DNA of 64,000 nt, from assembly GCF_964355755.1 (NCBI RefSeq), contig NC_092679.1, positions 1,146,201 through 1,210,200 of the forward strand. Direction: 5' to 3'. The position numbers and the translations under genes are program-made. Numbering within the stretch: position 1 is the stretch's first letter; each line of letters begins with the position of its first letter. This document shows, in pieces, positions 24,837 through 43,600 of the stretch. The stretch comes from Antedon mediterranea. Its lineage: Eukaryota > Animalia > Echinodermata. The notes below the pieces were generated by a model that worked only from the letters and a program-made list of their open reading frames with translations, was not told where the DNA came from and ran no database searches.

Positions 24837-25557
24837 TTCATTCAGTTTCTGAAAAATAAAAGACTCAATTTGTTGTCAACAACTTTCTTAAGATGAACAT
24901 AACACTGTATGAGGTAATAACAACTTCTTTAATTACAACTTTAACTTCCTGTATTCATAAGGAAATGATATTAATATCTAACAATGGACCCAAACAAAGA
25001 CCAACAGTTAGACCCCAATTATTACATCGTAAACTTGGATATTAAATATTATATATAGAATGTTTACACATCAAAAGAGTTGTTAGTACCTGATTATTTT
25101 TATCACACATTCTGATGCTATTACTGTACTTATAAAACCTTGGTTTCAAGCTATGTGTTTATATGATTTGTTGATGCTCTAGTCTAATCAATTGGTTTTG
25201 AATCTTGTCATTATACTTGGACAATCTATAATGGAACATAAATGGAACATAATTATTAATAGCAAGTAGGCCTACATAGGCCTACTGGCTGTAGTGTAGG
25301 CACTGGAGTAGGCAAACTGCATAAAAAAAACCATGGAGTAAACTCCATGAAAAAATCAAGGAAAGTGAAACCTATACAATTCTACTTAGTCTTGTTAGAC
25401 TTAGAGTAAAATCTAGATGTTGTTTGGTAGGCCTATTATATAATAATAGGGCCTTTAAATCCATTACAGAGCTTTCGGGCAGCACTAGCCCTTCCTTAGT
25501 TAATATAAAATATACATTAAAATAAGAAAATGAATTTCTTGCAAAAGAGGAACTTAC

Positions 25558-25755
25558 CTTGTTTTGTGTTAGTGTTCAAATATTTATTTTTTATCATGGG
25601 ATAATTTTCATTGTGCTATGCTCATTCAAGCGTGAAAACTGACCTGAACAATTAAATCGAGTCTGTGATTGGTCAGTCATTTTAACAATAAACAACAAAA
25701 GCAACTGTCACATGTCATAACGTAGCAGCGAACAACTGCGTAACAAAAATTCGTC
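25558..25755. promoter_or_regulatory. Compact bidirectional promoter and 5' UTR region for PLD3 and CTSF
   Basis: The PLD3 5' exon donor at 25557 (-) is ~200 bp from the CTSF ATG at 25756 (+). Contains ATTGG (CCAAT box) at 25668 and the E/M-box GTCACATG at 25707. Confidence 0.65.
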
Positions 25756-30875
<5,120 letters not shown>

Positions 30876-31660
30876 CACTCTACAGATCTCCTCTGAAATA
30901 CAAAATAATATCTACTCAAGAGTATCATTTTAAATTTTAACTTGTAAAATGTTCTTTGGACACATTTTAAATTATTAGATCTAATTATAAATATATCAAA
31001 ATTTTAAGGTAAACAATAACAGGTTTTTAAAAATAAATTGTTAAATAATAAGGAATATAATGATAATACAATAATAATATACTTTTATATGAATTTTGAA
31101 AGTATTTAGTATTTTAAATTTTAAAACGTTTTTTTGGACACATTTTATCTATTATTTAAGTAGGTATGAGATCTAATTATAAAGATACAAACATATTAAG
31201 GTAAACAATAACAGGTTTTTTAAAAATAAAAGATTAAATATTAACGAATAATATAATACAATAATAATAATTCTTAAATATATGAATTTTGAAATAGCAA
31301 TAGGATCAATATTTTTATGAAGAGTAAATATTAGATGAAAAGATTTTATACATTTAAATTACAGTATTGTGAATAATTGATATTTGTAAGTAAAATGTTA
31401 TCAACTGGATAATAATATTGTTTTATGTTTTTTATTGGTAGTATTTAGTGGTCTCTAGGTCCATTCATTGTTTCTATTTGATGTCGAACACGTTTATCAC
31501 ACATTTTAGCATAAGACAACTGGATACATAACAGTTGATCTGTCGATTGTGATTGGTTAAAACAATGTGCGTACAATATTGCAGTATTACTCCACATCGG
31601 AGATTTGACCAATCATAAGCGATGGATTATTGGAACTCGTCATTAGTCAACTTGCTTAAG

Positions 31661-32135
31661 ATTGGTTCCCACTGAGACGCAACGCTAGGATGTAAGAGAA
31701 ACGCAATTGATTTGACCAATGTCACGCGATAGTTTGATAATCAAACGCTTGTCAAATTGCTTACGTTCCTGCGTTACGTCCTAGTGGGAACCTATCATTA
31801 CGTTGCGCGTCTACGTCCTTGCGTTGCGTCCTAGTGAGAACAACAATCATTACGTTGCGCGTCTACGTCCTAGTGGGAACCAATCATTACGTTGCGCGTC
31901 TATGTCCTTGTGCGCGTCCTAAGTGAAAACCAATCATTACGTTGCGCGTCTACGTCTTTGCGTTGCGTCCTACAGTGGGAACCAATCATTACGTTGCGCG
32001 TCTACATCCTTGTGTTGCGTCCTAGTGTGAGCCAATCATTACGTGGCGCGTCTAAATCCTTGTGTTGCGTCCTAGTGTGAGCCAATCATTACGTTGCGCG
32101 TCTACGTCCCTGCGTTTCGTCCTAGTGGAAACAAA
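31661..32135. mobile_element. Hairpin MITE family B copy followed by tandem amplification of its right arm
   Basis: ttggttcccact..gacgcaacgc..ccaat...ttgcgtcctagtgggaacc, then ~7 units of ~47 bp. Related copies at ~10848, ~18087, ~18900, ~35270, ~46490, ~49525, ~50565, ~53000 and ~55165. Confidence 0.8.
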
Positions 32136-33479
32136 GTTTAAGCAAGACCATGTTGCTTGGCTGTCCTAGTGCTGCTAAGTCTATTATATTGGACATTGTA
32201 TATGCTAATCCATATCGTATTCTTCCGTCGGTTTGTTTGTTTTCATCACGTACGTACCAGCCATATTATTTTATTGCAAATAAATGTATTGTGTTTGATA
32301 TTGATGAAATAAACAAGTAAAATAATAATAATATTTGTGGTTGGGAGACGGCAAAGGCCATGTTGGGTCGCAAGTACAAGGATTTTGATTATTGTGCTTC
32401 ATTAAATTATATTATTTCTGTATTTCTACTATGACCTCACATTAGAATAGGTCAAGGCATTATTTTCACATAAAAACAAGATTACATACCGGTAGAATTT
32501 GTTTTCCAGAGGGAAGAAACATTTTACTATATAAAACACACCCATGATACATGCACATTTTAGAAAATTAAATAGGGCGTAACGTATTTTTGCGATCTGA
32601 CGCCGCCGAAATGAATGATGAACCACCAGACAAATAAAATAAATGATGAATTATGTAGACTATTATACTGTACTACTGTTAAGAACAATTAAGGGACCGA
32701 TACAAAGCAACTAATGACAATAGCCTACTACCAGTACATATCTCGCATAACTAGTTCACTTATGCTGCGAAAACATCTATAAAATATTATTTGCTGCTGT
32801 GTTGTTGCATAAATATTAAACGGATTTTGATGGTAGTCCGTCGTCGTCGTTCAGTTAGTCGTGGCGTTATTGAATATAAAGCAACCAATTAACGCGGAAT
32901 AGTGATCGATCACGGCGCTTGAATACGAGTAGAAAACCTGACGGATTCATTTCAACTGGTGGTGGTAATACGCTATTGATAAGCGCTAAAATATTGCAAT
33001 ATTACAAATGGTGTTAATTAATAGGTGTCGTATACTTCTTGGTATTCTGTACGACATTTGTTAGTTTTTTGCTTCTGAATCTTGGAACATATTTATAACA
33101 TTGTGGAAAGAACGTTTTAAACTAACGATCGTACGTTTATGATGACAATATTTTGACAAGCAAGAAAATATACTATTGATGTTGATATGTTTACTTGACG
33201 GAAAATACGGTACCATTCCCGTAAACAACTTTTGTTGGCAGATTTTCCGAAACACTAAATTCAAATTTGAGAAAAACATCTGTACTTTTAAGAAGTTTTA
33301 ATCGGAAAAATACGAAAGTGAACAACATTGATTTGAAGAAAGCACAGAAAAAAAGGTATAGGCCTACCGATGTTTCATCTAATGTTTTTTTTGTGTGTAA
33401 ATTTTAACTGAGGAAGTATAGGGATCCGAAGTATTAGTCGTTAGTCTCATATTTGCTTGCCTTCTATGAGCCGTTATAC

Positions 33480-33805
33480 AGGGCTAGGCCTACTGCATGG
33501 CATATAGGGCTTGGCCTACTACATGACATACATGGTTTTATAGGCCTACTTCATGACATAGGGGCTAGGCCTACTACATGACATACATGGTTTTATAGGC
33601 CTACTTCATGACATAGGGGCTAGGCCTACTACATGACATACATGGTTTTATAGGCCTACTTCATGACATAGGGGCTAGGCCTACTACATGACATACATGG
33701 TTTTATAGGCCTACTTCATGACATAGGGGCTTGGCCTACTACATGACATACATGGTTTTATAGGCCTACTTCATGACATAGGGGCTTGGCCTACTGCATG
33801 ACATA
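33480..33805. repeat. 55-bp tandem repeat (dimer of aggcctactWcatgacata), about 6 copies
   Basis: Direct periodicity. Confidence 0.93.
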
Positions 33806-34202
33806 CGGTGCAGTGTACTTTTGTTACCGAAATAAAATCATTAAATACTAACACCTGTGGTGATACAAACACCATTCATGTACGTAGACACATCTATTGT
33901 TTTCCTTCTTGCAATGAAGATTAATAATACGAATTGTTGACAACGACCATATGGCTATTTTTACGTTAACTTATTTTTAGAAAAGATGAAATGATAAAAA
34001 AAAACTGTTACACATTAGTGATTTGATTTATTATTAATACGACCTAGTAATGTTTCTTCTCTTAAACGCCACAAAATGAATGAACTGGCTTTACCATGCG
34101 AAAAAATAACTTTATTCATTTTTATTCCTTATAGGATGTGTGTTATAAAAATGGTCTTAAGCTACAATTAAACAAGAGTGGAGTCTAAAGTTAAGATTTC
34201 GA

Positions 34203-34500
34203 GTGGAGCGTACAGTTAAAAAGAGTTTTAGTGGAATACAGTTAAGAGTCCAGTTGGAGCGTACAGTTAAAAAGAGTTTTAGTGGAATACAGTTAAGAGT
34301 CCAGCTGGAGCTTACAGTTAAAAAGAGTTTTAGTGGAATACAGTTAAGAGTCCAGTTGGAGCTTACAGTTAAGAAGAGTTCGAGAGGAGTTCAGTTAAGA
34401 ACAGTTTGAGTGGAATGCATTTATGAAGAGTTTTAGTAAAATACAGTTAAGAGTCCGATTGGAGCTTACAGATTTTGAGTGGAATACAGTTAAAAGTCCG
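34203..34500. repeat. 51-bp tandem repeat upstream of the KCNK start (probable 5' UTR)
   Basis: ggagcgtacagttaaaaagagttttagtggaatacagttaagagtccagtt units that decay toward the 3' end; candidate acceptor at 34134. Confidence 0.85.
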
Positions 34501-34632
34501 ATTGTTTAGTTTAGGCCTACGGTTAACTGGTTATCATCATGTGATTTTCTAAAATGCTGGTTATAAGGCGTATCCGCTGAAATAGATAGCTCCTCTCCCT
34601 CCCTACCTAATCATCCCACAATCTGGAATATA

Positions 34633-37600
34633 ATGGCTAGAACATTTAGAAAACAAGAAAAATCCGAAAAGAAGGTGAAACTCTGCTTGTTAGTGTTTCT
34701 CCTCTTCGTGGCCTACCTTCTGATTGGTTCAGTTATTTTTGGTGCAATAGAAAAAGGAAATGAAGAAGAAGCCACAAACAAACTTTTAAATGATGTAAAC
34801 TCGTTTATTGATGAACACGAATGCATTGAAGAAAGAGACATACAAAGGTTGCTAAACACGATTAGAATGGCTGTGAATGAAGGAGCATATTCTGTCCATT
34901 TTAACTCAACCAAAGGCGAGTTGGATCTTATCTGGGATGCTATCTCCGGTGTATTCTTTTGTTTTACTATAGTCACAACAATTGGTATGTACAAAGCATT
35001 TTTTTATCACTCCTTTTCTGTCACAAAAAAACATTTTCTCGCAACTTAATTATGTTTATTGCCACCTATAAAGCATGTGGCTGTATTCATCATTCACACG
35101 CTAAGGGAAACACTTGCCCTTAAAATAAAAATAAAAGTCTCCTATCTAAGTGAATACAATTTAAGGGAAATATTTATTGAGTTAGCCTAATTGAAATACT
35201 TAATATCTAAGTGAAATATCTGACTTTAAGTGTGGTTGGTGAATACGGCCACTTATTTCAACTCTTGAACAACGCAGCGATGTACGTAGGCGCAACGCAA
35301 GTGAATTAACCAATTACCAACGACAATTCATGACGTGGTCAAATTGCTCGCGATGCGCTTACGGTACGTTCAGATGTTGCGTCCAAATTGGCATCAAGCT
35401 TAATAGTGGGCAGATTGAAAATTATAGGAACAAGGAAGAACCATTCTTAAAATATTCCGGAAAACAAGTTTTTCCATCACTTTTTTCCTAGTAAAAGTAT
35501 TAGATTTTAGTATCGTCCGTGTCACCCACGAACACAATGTTCGTAAATAAAATAACAGTATATTTGTATATGTGTTTCACGTTCCCAAATTTAATGACAC
35601 AAGTTTTTTTTTGCTATCAGTTCTAATAATTCTGAATCTCTGTATACCAAACTTATTTCATTCTAAGATTCGGTCGCAATTTGATCACTTTCCATTTTTG
35701 TCAGAGTGGAAAAATATGTGTGTAGTTAGTCTGTCAGTACATTGGTAGTTGTAATGATACAGATTTAAAGCGCAGGAATAGGCCAACTTTTACAGTTTAA
35801 TTACCACAAACAGTCCTTACTTATTTTACCCCCTAAAGTAACGAGGACTTCATATTTTAGCGGTGTAAAAAAAAATGTTTAGATCTAATTATTTAATGTA
35901 CCGATGATGCTTCCATTCAGCTACAAACAATTATCAAGATGATGCTAGTTTCATCAGTGAAATTGTACAAGTAGGCGTTGTATCGGTACAAACCATAATT
36001 ACTGTACGTGATTCACATGGTTTGGTTCGCACTAGGACGCAACGCAAGCACGTAAGCGCAACGAAAATAATAAGTTGACCAAATCGTAAATTCAGATGAC
36101 GTTCGGTGTACATCATATAAATGTATACTATCTATACTATCAAACTAGTTTGACAAAAAAAGTGTGATGTGCCTAAATATGGTAGTGGTATGACATCATA
36201 ATGTCCATATATGGGCACATCACGTTTTTTTGTCACATAAAGTTTGATAGTGTAGACAGAGCTTTAAAAACTATCTTTAAACAAGCATTCAGAGATGGAT
36301 AACCTATCTTTAACACTCGTTCAAACGGCACTTTATCTTATCCATGGTAACTCACGTACTGTCAATACTTAACATTGTAGTGTACTCTTGTTTCTATGGC
36401 AATTGTACATCTAATGTTGAGGACAGGTTGAGGAGTGTAATGTCCCTTCGCGCGCCAGAGAAATGTTAACATTTTCAATGAGTCATATCATTTTTAAAGA
36501 TTGTTTAATCTTCATTTTGTAAATTTCTTTATTTGCTTTGTTGACCAAAAGCTGGGCAGGTACTAGGCGGGGTTCCGACGAACACTTAACAAGAATTACA
36601 CGTGTGATTATTCTACTAAAACCAATGCTGCTTTTAAAACATAAACGATTTATTGGAGGAGCTTGATTATGCATTTACACTTAAATAGGCCTACTATAAA
36701 TAATCTGATCATTAAAGGAATTCATTGATTGTTGCAGACTGATGCTAGCGACGTAACCACGTTAATTAACACCATGCATTAATTGCATTTTTGCATCAGT
36801 CGATAAACACATCATATTAATTTACATTTTACTTAAGTTTTTACAATGTGATTTTAATCTTAAGAATTGTCGTCATTTTTTAAGCTACTAAACATAATAA
36901 TTAATATACGTAAAAAAAATATTTTACTTTGGTGTTTATTTACTCTATATAGCCTGGGTTACTTGTTTTACATGAGGCATTTAATTAAAATCCACATATT
37001 AATGACATTGGGAGAACAGAGTACAGAGATTTTCTCCAAAAAATGGCCAAACGATTTAATAGCAGAATAGGCGCGCGCGTAAAAACAATGATAACCATAT
37101 TTTATAATAAGCATCTTCAATCCTGGTGCATATTCGAGTCAGTTGGCATCATTGGGTAACTATTAATGGCATACTGTATCATACTGTATCATACTGTATC
37201 TTACTAGAACAACTAAAGAATAGCATGTATTAAAATTGATAAAACGTTAGTGTTTTGAGTTGGTTAGTCATAAAGTCGATGTTGTGCGTTATAGATCAAT
37301 AAATGGCATGATCGCATTGTGCCATTTGTTTACTTACGCTGTTCATTTGATATGTTAAGTCCGATGCTTAGCTTGTTTATTGCAAACTTATCTGTCTTTT
37401 ACAATATTACCGAATACGTTTTAATCGATGTATGGTATCCGTCATATTTACGCTAAAGCAAACAATAATTAATTAACACTTGTAATGTAATAATATATGT
37501 TACACACAATTGTTTTAACAATGCTATTTTCTCAGCGCGCGCGCGTGTATCGTGATGCTGAAAAACTCATTTGTAGCATCCATTCATCATCATTTATCAA

Positions 37601-40600
37601 TCCATGATGTCATTAGCCCGTAAACTTGTCATTCCTCTGCTTATCCAGTAATCCTATTGACCTCCTCCTCTCTCTCTCTCTCTGTCAATCCATTCATCAT
37701 TCTTTCACCTTCTTCCTATTCACTCTATACATTATGTTCTTCCATGTATTATTCACAGAAAGTGAACATTAAGACGTACTATAATGCCATTGTGACGTGC
37801 CTACATTATTGACATTATAAGAATGCTATTTATATTTCGTACCGTGTTTTCTAGAACATGGATCGATATGTTGCCTCATTATTGTATTACTTTATTGTAT
37901 TAGACAATTGAAATTGAATTGAAGTTCCATCAAACTCGTTGGCCAACTAACCCCTGTGCTAGTTTTTTTTTATAGCCAACCATTTTGTAATAAGAATATA
38001 TGGTGTAGACATTAGTAGAAGTAAATTGTAAAATGGAATGTATGTCTAATATCATTGCGCTAAGGTGTGACTACTTTCATTGTTGTTTTGTATTTTTAAT
38101 TTAAATTATGATTGTTTTTATTCATAATTACGCATTAACCTTCTATGAAACCTCAGCCATATACACACGAACCAGATTTAATAATATTTAAAGATTTCGT
38201 AATTCCGACATAGAATACACTGATCCATTTAGTCATATTAATATAAGACCTCCGGGTTTGGTCGCGCTTAACTCAATAAAAGTAATACAAGTATAAAGAT
38301 TATTGTTAACATTATCAGCTCTTAGACGGACTCTGTCAACAATGACTAGATTTGCATACGTAAATGTAATTAGAAAACAGCCGTCGTTTGAATTTAAAAT
38401 GCAAACTTTAACATTGCATGTTTTTTATTCGATCAATCCATAAAAAAAAATGTACCAGTTAATCAATCAGATGATCAATCAATCAGTTAATCTTGAAACA
38501 TGGTTGAATAAATAAATCAATCAATTAATCAATCAGATAATCAATCAATCAGTTAATCAATAATTCAATCAGTTAATCAACTTTTTTTAACGCAAAATAA
38601 TTCATGGAAAAATATTTTAAACAGTGATTCAAAATGTATGTATTTTTAGCACATGATAATGTAATTCTACTTGATTCATGTGAACTAACATATACCAACA
38701 CATGTTCTAAATATGTAATGTGTGCGTATGATCCCATAAACACATGAAGAATGTTCTACTGTAGCCTATGTGAACGTGATGATCTAATAATTGTGTGAAC
38801 CAGGAAGAAAATAATATACTACCAACGTTAATCCAGTGATTAGGGTTATTAAGTACAGTATAGTGCGAACGGGAGCTAAAACACTGATCACGTGATAGTG
38901 ATTTACTGAAACTGTCAGTATATCAACAATAATTGGTTAAAAAGTAATTTTCACCTGTTGAGCGTGAGAAGGTGAAAGTACAATTGTAGGCTACGGTACG
39001 ATATGATATTATGGATATATACCATACTTTAGTGTCATCAATCTTATGTTCCTCGGATGATTGAATATTTAAATACATACTTAAACAAAGGCGGTGAAAC
39101 TAATTAATAAGTGCACGTATTGGAGCATCTGCTACAGTACATTGAAATTCATTTCATCATTTTAATGAATATTAGTACTGAAATACAATGACGTCAACGT
39201 TGCTATGGTATCTCCGCGCATTAATCCCAAAAGAAAACACGACAAATTTGATACACAGTGAAGTATAGTAGGTCGTCTCTCTTATCATTACAACAATTTC
39301 TATTGAAAGCATTATATTAATTACTGATTTCCAATAATATATGTGTATAAATTATCTGTTTGATACGTTGTTGTTATTGTAATTTTATTGGGGATATTAA
39401 CTATCTTGCTAATCGAATAGACGTACGAAGAATGATAATATCATTTCATGTACAAATTGATATTTTTTTGTCGTTGATCAATTAAATGGGTAATTGATAA
39501 AATTAACGAGTCACTGAATCGAAATTATAAAAGTTTTATATTCACTGGGCGTATTTGTGTCATTTTGCATTTAAAAACGAATTTGGATAAATATGGGTGT
39601 TTGAGAACATTGTTTGTTTGTTAGTTTTATTGGTTTTTCCACACATTTAAAAAAAAAAAAAAAAATTACATAAGCATTACGTTACATATCCGTTAATATT
39701 AGTTTATACTTAATTTGCACTAGCATTTTAGAAAGCGGTGCCACAGTACTCATAATCTGACCAAATCGAGTTTCTCTTTTAGATTATTCAAATCATTGAT
39801 GTGTCCCAAGAAATTTGACTTAATCACGGCTTATAACAAATTAATGAATTATTGTTTAAGATGGCCATGAAAAAAATGCACGTTCGGTTGTCATAGAAAT
39901 GCGTGGCGTCATCTTGGTACCATAGTGATTTATAATAATATAATATCAGAACCATACCACGTGACGTATAGGAAAATCCCTTAAAAAAAGTTATAGTGAA
40001 AGGTTATTTCGTTGCCGATACATTGTATGGGTTCATTGTACGTGGTCTGTGCTCGCCAGACCCAGTCATGTACCCGGCCATCAGAGGCTAAATTTTACCA
40101 ACAACTTTTAATGCTCTCTGTCTACACTATCAAAGTAGTTTGACAAAAAAAGTGTAATGTGTCCAAATATGGTAGTGATATGCTTAAATATGGTAGTGAT
40201 ATGACATCAGCATGTTCATATTATGTGCACATCACATTTTTGTTTGACACACAAAGTTTGACGTGTAGACAGAGCTTAAAATTCTTAATTCGTAGCGGTC
40301 GTTAGAAATAATTTCAGACTTTACCCTACTACGTGCTAATTATTTGTTAATAATTATTGAATATTAATTACAAATCCCATTATGGTCTCGAGTATCTAAT
40401 TGAAACATGTGTCTTTTCGTTGTACCGCTAGGGCGTCGTCATCGTCATCGTCATCGGCTTGTTCTGGTAGATTACATTGTTTACTTAGGCCTACTTATTA
40501 GTTGCATCTCAAGAGTAATACTGCTTTTAGACATCACGGTGCGCATGCGTATACAATTACAGACAAGCGCTGACATTATTATGTGAACATGTTTATTAGT

Positions 40601-43600
40601 GTGAATCCTGAGTTATAAACATCGTTCTTTGCGTTCATATTTGATTCTCATTTATTAAATTAGTTAAGAAAATCGATAATTTCTTGTACATGACTTGTTA
40701 TAATTTACATTGATAACACAATGTATCCGTTGTTAATATATGATGATACGATGATACGAGTTAGTTTTTAATTCAATACATCTCAAATAGATTTCTATTA
40801 ATATAATTAGGTTACAAATCGATTCGTTTGATTCTGGTTGGTAACTGCAGCAGATTTATTAATAATAATAATAATTTATTTGAAGTTTACTTTTTTGTAT
40901 TCATAATAAAGAATAAGGTTAATCCAAAGATTTTATAACATCGGCTTTTAACATCTCTCTGGGTTTATCGCAATATAGCGTGCGCAATGCATGATGGGAA
41001 GGATTTGGGAGCAAACGTCACACGACGCGCTTAGTACGTGATTTGTTGTTTGTGTACGTACGCGCCGTGACTTTTGCTCCGAAAACATTCCCATCATGCA
41101 TTGTGCAATGACGTTCCTCGCGAAATCAAGCTATTTGCGATAAAACATTATAACAAAATACACAATAACCTATAAAATATACAATATTTTTTTTTATTTT
41201 AGAAACAATAAACTTTTCCATTCTTTGATTGTTGGTTGAAAAAAACTTATTTAAAAAAAAAAATTGAATGAATTTGTAATTGAAATTTTGAATGCCTGGA
41301 GAGAACATTGTAACCGATCTTAGGATCTGCTGAATTTATATATAAAATGAATAAAAACTTCGATTATTATGCAAACTGTAGTAATCGTGTCAATTGTATC
41401 AAATTAAAAATGGCCGTACAAAGCTTTTATCGAAATTCAATATGGTTGTGGTTATACAGGGGCCTAATAATAGAAGGCTATAATATACCAGCAAATCTAG
41501 TTACAAGGCGCATTTTACTCATCCGTTATTGTTGATGTAGACAATCTAATTAATGCAACTGCATCAGTGATAGCATGATGCTGCTGTAGCATTTAAATAT
41601 TCCAGGCCATTTTCGTATATAATCGAATTACATTAGTTATATATTAATAGAAACAACGACATACATTGCTAGCTGTTTTATTTTCAGTCTTCCGTCAGTA
41701 TTTATAATTCTGGACGTTCACAAATATTATTTGAATATTATTGTCAGCAATCACCATAACCGTCATTATCATTATAATAATCATCCTAATTATTAATCGT
41801 CGTTATCATTTGTATTCTCGTACTCGTTTATAATCATATGCCATCATGACGTCATAATCATATATTTTTTCGTTGTGTTTTCAACCTCTAGAAACTGAAT
41901 TTGCATAAAGTAGCATTGACCTAAAAAAGAGAAAGGTACATTTGGCAAATTTACATAACAATTGTCAATTATCGCTTCTCGTTATTATTATTAATATTCA
42001 GAGATTATAAAAAAAAACCGGATAAATAATTTCAACAAAGTGTGAACGACACTTAACGATCATCGATTGTTAGTGTGAACGACACTTAACGATCATCGAT
42101 TGTTCGTAAATAAAACCTAGTGATGGTATCATTAAAAAAACCTAACAAGATATGATGAGGATTTTATATAAGAAGAATCTCTCATTTTGTAAATAATTAA
42201 GATGAAAGCGTATAATAATGGTCTCTGCTGCGCGTGCGCGTACACCGCATACATCTGCGCTCCACACACATGACACCGCGTCCTATTAAAGTTGGTAATT
42301 AAATTTACATTTTCACAATTGACAATATCTATATTATAAGTGAGAGAGTTTGTCTGTTTGTCTGTCTGTTTGTTTGTTTGTTTGTCTGTTTGTTCGTTAT
42401 ACAAAATTTTGTTACTGCACATAATCTTACATATGGGGTATCAAAATGACCGCAATTGTACCGGGAATGTTCTAAGCTATATTTCAACATCATCCGCCAC
42501 CTAGGATCCAAGTTAGGGACCAAAATGTGGTCAAAACCCCCACTTCCCCTCAGCAAGGCGTTTGGGGAAATATAGATATATATATACATATTTTATTCAT
42601 TAACCAATATGACACCTATTCAATTACACATTCAGCAACATACTTTAACCATATCTAGCTATGTATCGGTCTATTGGATTGTCTCATTAGAGAGCAGTTC
42701 TTTACTGTTACTGTGTTCTACTACCATATCACATCATCCGCCATCTAGGATCCAAGTTAGGGGTCAAAATGTGGTCAGAATGGCCCACTTTCGATGTTTG
42801 TTCGTTATACAAATTTCTGTTTCTGCACATAACCATACATATGGGGTATCAACATGATCGCAATTGTACCGGGAAGGTTTTAAAGGGTAATTGGTGGGAG
42901 AGGGAGGTTGGGAGATAGGGTGTAAAAGTGATAGTGGGGATTTTCCTTAGGCTAGGTGGGGTGGGGAAGTAGGCCTATTCCTATGACTGAAACTGTTGGG
43001 TTGGGAGTGATGGCTAACATAATTTGTCTGGAATCGTCTTAAACACATCACCCAGTATCTGGGGTGTGTTAGGAGGGAAGTATATGATTGCAATTGTACT
43101 AGGAAAAGTTACTAACTGTGAACTGTCCTGTGGTAGAGTTGTTAATTGTGGCTGGGATGGTGAGAGGAGAAAGAAGATATTAGATATTTTAATTATCAGC
43201 CAATATGACACCGATTCATTTACAAAGTTTACAACGTACTTAAACCATAGGCCTATCGTAGCTATGTACACCCTACAAAAGTTTTACAGTATTTTAATTA
43301 TCCTCAGCAAGGCGTATATAGATACACATATTTTATTCATTAACCAATATGACACCTATTCATTTACACATTTAGCAAAGTACTTTAACCATATCCAGCT
43401 ATGTATCGTCTCTTGGATTGTCTCAGTACAAACATCCATTCCTGTGTGAACATACAAACGTTGTTTACTGTTACTGTGTTCAACTACACCACCAATCCTC
43501 CAAGGGAAAAACGCCCATTGTGGGAGAGTGGGGTTGGGAGATAGGGTTTGGGTTCAGGGGATAGTGGGGGATTTTGCTTACACCAGAATTGTGGTTTATT

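Noticed and set aside
34203-34409. 68-aa repeat ORF upstream of KCNK
   Set aside because: Non-ATG start; it is a by-product of a 51-bp tandem repeat.
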